Of a stretch of DNA of 64,000 nt, positions 59,001 to 64,000 are shown piece by piece. A program made the translations under genes and the position numbers. The stretch covers positions 124,001 to 188,000 of the forward strand of contig JAHDYR010000012.1 of the NCBI GenBank assembly GCA_019828565.1, written 5' to 3'. Position 1 is the stretch's first letter. Every line of letters begins with the position of its first letter. A model generated the notes under the pieces. It was given only the letters and a program-made list of their open reading frames with translations. It made no database searches and was not told where the DNA came from. This DNA comes from Carpediemonas membranifera BICM (Eukaryota; Protista; Fornicata).

Positions 59001-60025
59001 CCTTGAGGGCGGCAACCATCTTGCCGGTGGAAACCTCGCCAGCGGCAACGCCGCACTCCTCGCCGATGGCGACGCGGACGGCGGGGGCGGTCTGGGCAAC
59101 GATAGTCTTGCCCTCAGCGATGGCGGTGTAGAGGCGCTCGATGTGAGAGACCTCGGAGATGGCGCCGGTGGGGCAGAAGCTGGAGCACTGGCCGCAGCCG
59201 ATGCAGCGGGTCTCGTCGAGGCGGAGGCCGCCGTGGGGGCGGACGCCAGAGGCGGTGGTCTCGAGGATGCTCATCTCCTGGATCTTGGAGCAGGCGGCCT
59301 CGCAGCGGCCGCAGTCAACGCACATGGAAGGATCAACCATGATCATGCCGTTGGTGTCGACGTCGCAGGCGGTGACAGCATCGAAGGTGTTCTCGAACTC
59401 GGAGAGATCGAGGCGGCGGGGAGGAACAACGGGCATAGTCTTGGCCTTGAGCTCGCGGAAGACAGCAGCGGCCTTGGCCTTCACTCTGGGAGTATCAGTG
59501 CGGAAGGACATGCCGTCAGCGACCTTAGAGGAGCAAGCCATGGAAAGGTTTCCATCCTCCATGTCCACGACGCAAGCCTTGCAGCGCCCGAGGGGCTTAA
59601 TGCGAGGATGGTAGCAAAGAGTGGGAACGAAGATGCCCTGAGCTCTAGCAGCTTCAAGCATGGTGTAGTTCTTGGGGACATCGTATGAGGTGCCATTAAT
59701 GGTCACCGAAACTGTTTCCGCGTTCATGTTGATGCCTTTGGAATGAACTGGAGAGGATCTGATTTTCCACGACCGGATCTGCTACGGCGGATAAGATCGA
59801 TCGGCGCCCAAAACCTCGAAGTGACCCCCACAGAGCTTGGGAGGACCTTCCGAGTGCTGGCAGACCGCCTGCATTTTTTCTTGGATTTTCACAGCGCGCG
59901 CAGGAATCCGATTCGAATCCGGGGAAAATATGGCAGATCACGATAATAAAGATTGGGGCTCAGAGCGCTTAATGGGCGATGCAGAGCACGGGGGCACGCC
60001 AAATATTGGGTCGGTTGACGGTATC
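56047..60025. repeat. Segmental duplication copy 2
   Basis: Near-identical to 51079-55056. Confidence 0.95.
56236..59727 (-). CDS. hydA: [FeFe]-hydrogenase-flavodoxin-FAD/NAD(P)H reductase fusion, copy 2 (compensating indels at 58090-58383)
   Basis: Same motifs as copy 1. The L3 motif falls in an alternate frame (ORF 57705-58295) because of +1/-2/+1 indels. Confidence 0.95.
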   Translation of the reverse strand: MNAETVSVTINGTSYDVPKNYTMLEAARAQGIFVPTLCYHPRIKPLGRCKACVVDMEDGNLSMACSSKVADGMSFRTDTPRVKAKAAAVFRELKAKTMPVVPPRRLDLSEFENTFDAVTACDVDTNGMIMVDPSMCVDCGRCEAACSKIQEMSILETTASGVRPHGGLRLDETRCIGCGQCSSFCPTGAISEVSHIERLYTAIAEGKTIVAQTAPAVRVAIGEECGVAAGEVSTGKMVAALKALGCNYVVDTDFTADLTIMEEGTELIGRMQKKWAAAPEQAEKMGPMFTSCCPAWINNIETRFPDYLDNLSTARSPMMMMGSVVKTYFAKKMGIKPEDIFHFAVMPCTAKKGEIDRMQMVTGGMKVVDAVLTTRELGKLIRKHHIDFPALPNQEFDSPIGSSTGAAVLFGTTGGVMEAALRTAYEILAGKPLGTLSYTPARGLDGIKGGLGRDPPQGRPHQDPPHRHRVWHLQRQRHDARDRCWQAQLRLRRGHGLPRRLHLWRRPAQVPRPQDHREAPVGHLLRTRRPSSASPTRTPRSSRSTREFFGEPNSHKAHELLHTTYADRSTLVRGPDGEVVEAPDAGDVCSADAVPMLIVFATQTGTSKEVAYRLANEAKTKDIEFAPRVVAVDKITPNEIAKSELVVYITSTFGNGEHPDSAAAFWEWLSDSSLADDTFTGTQFAVMGLGSKAYPLFCKAAEEVHDRMAELGGVALCPFGKGDESHPEKYEDGYGNWTEALWEGLGAQDAGAVPTIPEPKYAVLVTASMQNPPPPPPDCQWTTVNANKLLTDPKMDRASHHFEFSLDNTSLSYSTGYHMAIVPRNLDNTVDNWLHINKLNGDMCVTVRGTGNNMAPAGLDRSLTIREIFTQHLDIAGRVTKPFMRAMIPFAQDLKQRERLQYLVSKDGKEDYMEYMNEYVTYGEFLEEFTSARPALEYLVDLIPAIKPRLYSIASSDKMVPHAIQLTVGIVDWVTPKGKKCGGLTTTWLKDINVGDRCAAYVKSSPLVPPENPDTPYMMVALGTGIAPFQGFIQYRKVLHDEGIPQNKATLYYGCRRRDEDYLLTPTELQWRDDGIYEEITAFSRESAKKVYVHHRIQQYAKEVFEMLYKNGGNVYYCGTIVGAKSLKESIIGTFVENGVDREEAEALFEQREKEQRYVLEAY

Positions 60026-60083
60026 TACAATCCACCAAGACCATCCAAGACTTGATATAAATTCTCTGCCAAAGTTTACTTAC

Positions 60084-61523
60084 TTAGAACGGGATCTTGG
60101 ACTCATCTATGATTGGGAACGAGCAGCTGATGTCGATGCCGAAGGATCCCCGGTCTCTTGCTATACGGATGCGGCCGTTGCCATTCCACTGGGGCCCGTA
60201 CGAGTTCTGGATCTCCCAGTACGCCTCGCCCGTCACCTCGTCAATGCCCGCGCCCGTCAGGAGAACGGCGTGGTTCGTCTGGTGGCAGACGTTCTTGGCG
60301 TGGGCGACGCGGACAGAGCGGTCGGACTCGAAACCGGGGTCGTCGGAGCATATGGAGCACATGAGCGGGCCCACGGTCATCAGCGCGTGAAGCATAGCGT
60401 CCTCGTCGCCCGGCCTGATAACGCGGCCGCCCTTGAGGAAGCCCTTGCCGTACTTCATGCTCTTGGGGACACCCGTGTCCGTACAGGCCTGGACTGAGCC
60501 GATGAAGGGGTAGGCACCGAGCACGGGCATGGCCATGGGATGCTTGAGCAGGCCGGCCATCGTGTGGATGACATTGCCCCCACCGCAGCTGTCGGAGTAG
60601 TACGCCGTGTATGGACAGTCGAGGAACCACTGCGGGCTGGGCAGCAGGAAGTCTGGGTAGTCGATGCCCTTGGCCTTCTTCACGTAGGCCTGGAAACACT
60701 CGGCAATAGTGAATGCCCAGCAGCCGCCGCAGCCAGCCTGGTTCATCACGTTGGGGGCAAAGTGCTTGCCGGCAAAGGTGTAGTCGACGCTACGGAAGCG
60801 GCGGGGCCAGCGGCGGTGGCAGTCGAAGTCGTTGGGGGCCGTATGATACTCGATTCCGTCCTGGGAGAGGACCGCGGCGTTCATGGGCTGGTCTCCGGCG
60901 GGCCGGGTCTGAACAGTGGCGCCAGTGCACGCCGTCGGTGGGAACGTTCCGGCAAAAACTGTGGCGTTGGTCGTGCCCGAGACCGTGGTGAAGGAAGCAA
61001 CACCGTCATTGCCGCTATTGGAGAAGAGGCACCCCACCGGCTGGTGAGTGACCTTATCGACGTACACGACGTGGGGCATGTCCCAATGCTTGTACTCGAA
61101 CGTGTAGACTGACTCGCCGAGGAACTCAGCCTCGCCGACGTGGGAGAAGGCGGAGGCAGCTGAGAAAAGGTTGAAGAGCCATACATTCGTCACGGGCATG
61201 GATTTGTACTCGCCGGAGATGCACACTTCATTGTTAAACGGCTTATACGTATCTCTCGAGATCTTGTAGTACTTGTAGTAATTCGCGAGGTCAGTGATGA
61301 TGCGATCCACGTTGTCATCGGCATCCATGTATGTCTGGACGACTATCTTCTGGCCACCGATAGTTGTCCAGTCAATGTCGTAGTCCTCGTGGGAAAAGGG
61401 CATCGTATTGCTGATCATGGAAACTTCAATGTGGCACTGCGAGGTGCAGGGACTGGTCATGGAAATAGCCGAGGCCTGAACGATTAGCAGCACGAACAGA
61501 GCTAGAAAGCCTGTCGTTCTCAT
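60084..61523 (-). CDS. Papain-family (C1A) cysteine protease with signal peptide
   Basis: QAGCGGCWAF, SPQWFLDC, CGGG, NHAVLLTG, YWEIQNSYG; hydrophobic N-terminus. Confidence 0.93.
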   Translation of the reverse strand: MRTTGFLALFVLLIVQASAISMTSPCTSQCHIEVSMISNTMPFSHEDYDIDWTTIGGQKIVVQTYMDADDNVDRIITDLANYYKYYKISRDTYKPFNNEVCISGEYKSMPVTNVWLFNLFSAASAFSHVGEAEFLGESVYTFEYKHWDMPHVVYVDKVTHQPVGCLFSNSGNDGVASFTTVSGTTNATVFAGTFPPTACTGATVQTRPAGDQPMNAAVLSQDGIEYHTAPNDFDCHRRWPRRFRSVDYTFAGKHFAPNVMNQAGCGGCWAFTIAECFQAYVKKAKGIDYPDFLLPSPQWFLDCPYTAYYSDSCGGGNVIHTMAGLLKHPMAMPVLGAYPFIGSVQACTDTGVPKSMKYGKGFLKGGRVIRPGDEDAMLHALMTVGPLMCSICSDDPGFESDRSVRVAHAKNVCHQTNHAVLLTGAGIDEVTGEAYWEIQNSYGPQWNGNGRIRIARDRGSFGIDISCSFPIIDESKIPF

Positions 61524-63365
61524 CGTCAGATGGATGGTGTGTATTTTGGCGGCAGAAAACTTTTTCTTGCAGTCGAGTTAGAGGAGTATTCCGGACCATT
61601 CCCGCACCATTCGGACGCGCACCCACCCCTGAGGAACCGAAAGAGTCACTGTGGCGATTTTAGGGTACTGACACAGACGAGAGGGCGAGGACAACTAGTA
61701 AACGTTGACCATGGCGGACCAGGGCTGATCCTGAAGGGATGTAGTGTTAAGGAAATTACGCGCAGATGAGGGTTCTCGTCGATTCAGCTGTTAGCTGTCC
61801 AGACAACGATGGTGTTGTCAGGCCACATTATTGGAATGGTCAAATCTGACAAAATGGAAAGATCGACGAAAATGACCCCTTTGGGTTGTAAATCCAAGTG
61901 GGCTTCACACCACGGGCTTTCCTTCCCGTATACACTCGCCAACCGCCAGCAGCCGCGAGGGTCGTCCAAGTGTATCATCCAGGCTCAATGACCTAGGTCC
62001 ATCTGATGTCCGCGCGGCAGTATCACACCGCCCGCGCGCTCCTAGCTAGAAGCCGGGTTCCGCGCCATGCAAGGTGGCGCGGATCTCCCGGTGTGCTGCA
62101 AGGGCCAGAGGCCAATGCAATACCACGGGTCCGAAGACGCCGTGGCGCACAGCTAGGATTTTGACATCATATGATGGTGGCGGACTTACCTAGTTGCCGC
62201 TCCAGGGTCCCGTCGGCTCACCTGATTGATGTTGTTTAGTTCGGCACGAGAAGTGACCGAAACTGAGAGAAATCGGAGAGAGAAAGCGAAAAACGTGATC
62301 TATACATGTCAAATGAGCATTGTACACAAAGTAAGTAACTGAGGTGCTTGGAAAGCCATTCTTCAAGGCTCGAAGCGTTGAATGAAAAAAAGACGAGTTC
62401 ATGGTGATCGATTCAATATCTAATTTGGACGCCTTCTCATGTATTGCACAATCTCGTTGACTCAAGTATTGTAACTAGATTAAATACATAACATAGCCAG
62501 TGTGGTTATGCCGGAAGTGGGAGCGGGCCGAGAGTTGAATGAGTCAAAGTGACAGTCGCAGCGCAAAACACTCAAGGCTGCTTCTGGTCCCCGCCCGCCC
62601 AAGAAGGCGTACAACCACACCGCCCAACAGGACATCTCGTTCTGCCTGAGGCAGGGCTACTCGGCCGTTGACTACTAAGCACCCCACGCAACCCCCTCCT
62701 TACCCTTTGCGTGAGTTGGCTCATAAATGGAACAGTCAAACTGAGTGGTCATTCGACGACTCCAGAAATTAAGGTTGGGTGTTTAAAAAATAAAGATGGG
62801 TCAGCCATCCTGTATGAGCTTCTATTCTGATGCAATGGTGTGAGTTTCATCCCTCTCTGACCTCTACTCGTCATGTTCGATGTCGGTCGAAATCGAAGAT
62901 CGGTCGACTCCAAACGCATACTTCCAGTGTGCGCCCGCTGGTAATGGCCCGGATCTAGATGTTAGAGGGCTATACAAGCTTTATGGCAGAGTGACAGCGA
63001 TTCGATGGTAGTAGTCGAGGTGACGGCATCGCTCAGCTTCAGACCGGGACGATTTTGAAAGTCAGGTGAACATGTCGCCAACCAAATTGATGGCCGATAC
63101 TGCTTCATAATGAGCTCTGAAGCACGCATGCATACTCTAGGGGGGGTGATGGCAGCCGCGGTGGGTTGGAACCAGGTCGACCCAGACCGGTTTGAGCTGC
63201 TTGTTGGTTGCTTGATACGAGCCACCGCAAACCACACCATCAAGCAAAATGAGCTGTACCGAGCTTATCCAACTGCACACCAAGAGTTTGTCAGTCGCGC
63301 TTTACCGTTCAGTGCGACATGACCAAGCACTTCAGTCGGTGATGTCATTTATGTCTATCGGGCAA

Positions 63366-64000
63366 TCAGGGGTCATCCACTCTCTTCACCCGACCCCTGC
63401 CACGGTGGCCATCCCCACGTCCTCTCCCACGTCCTCTCTCGAACCCCCCTCTACCTCTGCCCCTGTGCGACCCGCCTCGGCCGCGGCCTCTATACCCGCC
63501 GCGACCCCTGAATCCATGGGCCCCATTCGCCCCGCCAGACGGGGTGATGGAGACTGGACGCCATGAGGGGATCGCGGGGAAGGCGGAGCAGTCGGCGCTC
63601 AGCAGCATGGGTGGGTCCTGGCTCAGTGCGTTGGCCAGGCGGTGGATGTTGGTGGCGTTGTTCTTGGCTATGTTTGTGGCCTTGATCTGTGCCTCGTCGC
63701 CCGCCTCGACCTTCTCCTCATGAAGGAGCTCGAGTGAAGTCATCCGCGTGAAGCAGACGTCACAGAGCTTCTCATAGACCTTAATAAACTCAGTCTGCCG
63801 CTCTATCGCGCTGTAGTCCACCGGTTGGCCCGTGGAGGCGAGCAGAGGGCTGGGGAGATGGGCCAGCTCGTGGAATAGCTCGGGGCAGGCTGACCCGAGG
63901 ATGTGGAGGATGTAGAGGACCGGTTCAAGCTCGATGAAGGAATACTGCGTCTGTTCGACGACTACATACGTCTCTACGAAGGGATAGAAGAGACGGAGCA
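63366..64000 (-). CDS. Hypothetical protein with RGG-rich C-terminus (5' end beyond window)
   Basis: Frame is open to the window edge; GFRGRGGYRGRGRGG repeats. Confidence 0.6.
   Translation of the reverse strand, partial: LRLFYPFVETYVVVEQTQYSFIELEPVLYILHILGSACPELFHELAHLPSPLLASTGQPVDYSAIERQTEFIKVYEKLCDVCFTRMTSLELLHEEKVEAGDEAQIKATNIAKNNATNIHRLANALSQDPPMLLSADCSAFPAIPSWRPVSITPSGGANGAHGFRGRGGYRGRGRGGSHRGRGRGGFERGRGRGRGDGHRGRGRVKRVDDP

Noticed and set aside
51475-59688. Long + strand ORFs over the hydrogenase genes (e.g. 52785-54719, 56434-57708, 58264-59688)
   Set aside because: Antisense shadows caused by strong GC3 codon bias; no motifs.
41407-62546. Recurring TGAGTCA/TGACTCA motif in intergenic DNA
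   Set aside because: The handful of copies seen is about what a 7-mer gives by chance in 64 kb on two strands.
61750-63360. Possible decayed gene or transposon between the protease and the RGG ORF
   Set aside because: Only short ORFs; no recognisable motif or terminal repeat.

Overview
Eukaryotic DNA with no obvious introns, most likely from an anaerobic protist. The [FeFe]-hydrogenase-diflavin reductase fusion and compact genes fit a metamonad such as a Carpediemonas-like organism, but this is inference. Bases 1-41000 form a nested retrotransposon cluster that can be resolved from LTR pairs and target-site duplications (TSDs). It holds eight Ty3/gypsy elements (A-G and I; all seven whose integrase end lies in the window carry a chromodomain), a solo LTR (H), a 5'-truncated APE-type LINE and a decayed relic. 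The right part holds host genes (MFS transporter, RCC1-like protein, papain protease), a DIRS-like tyrosine-recombinase retrotransposon encoded as one ORF, and a ~4 kb duplication of the hydrogenase gene. Main observation: none of the eight LTR elements has a tRNA primer-binding site. Each instead has a different perfect 10-12 nt palindrome starting at the last base(s) of the 5' LTR, which points to a tRNA-independent, palindrome-based priming (or dimerisation) system. Related oddities: LTRs of only 43-125 bp, a conserved CGACAC-N4/5-GTGTCG inverted repeat in otherwise unrelated LTRs, and a family of antisense accessory proteins with a chromodomain-like C-terminus. Many frameshifts sit in homopolymers and probably reflect long-read assembly errors.
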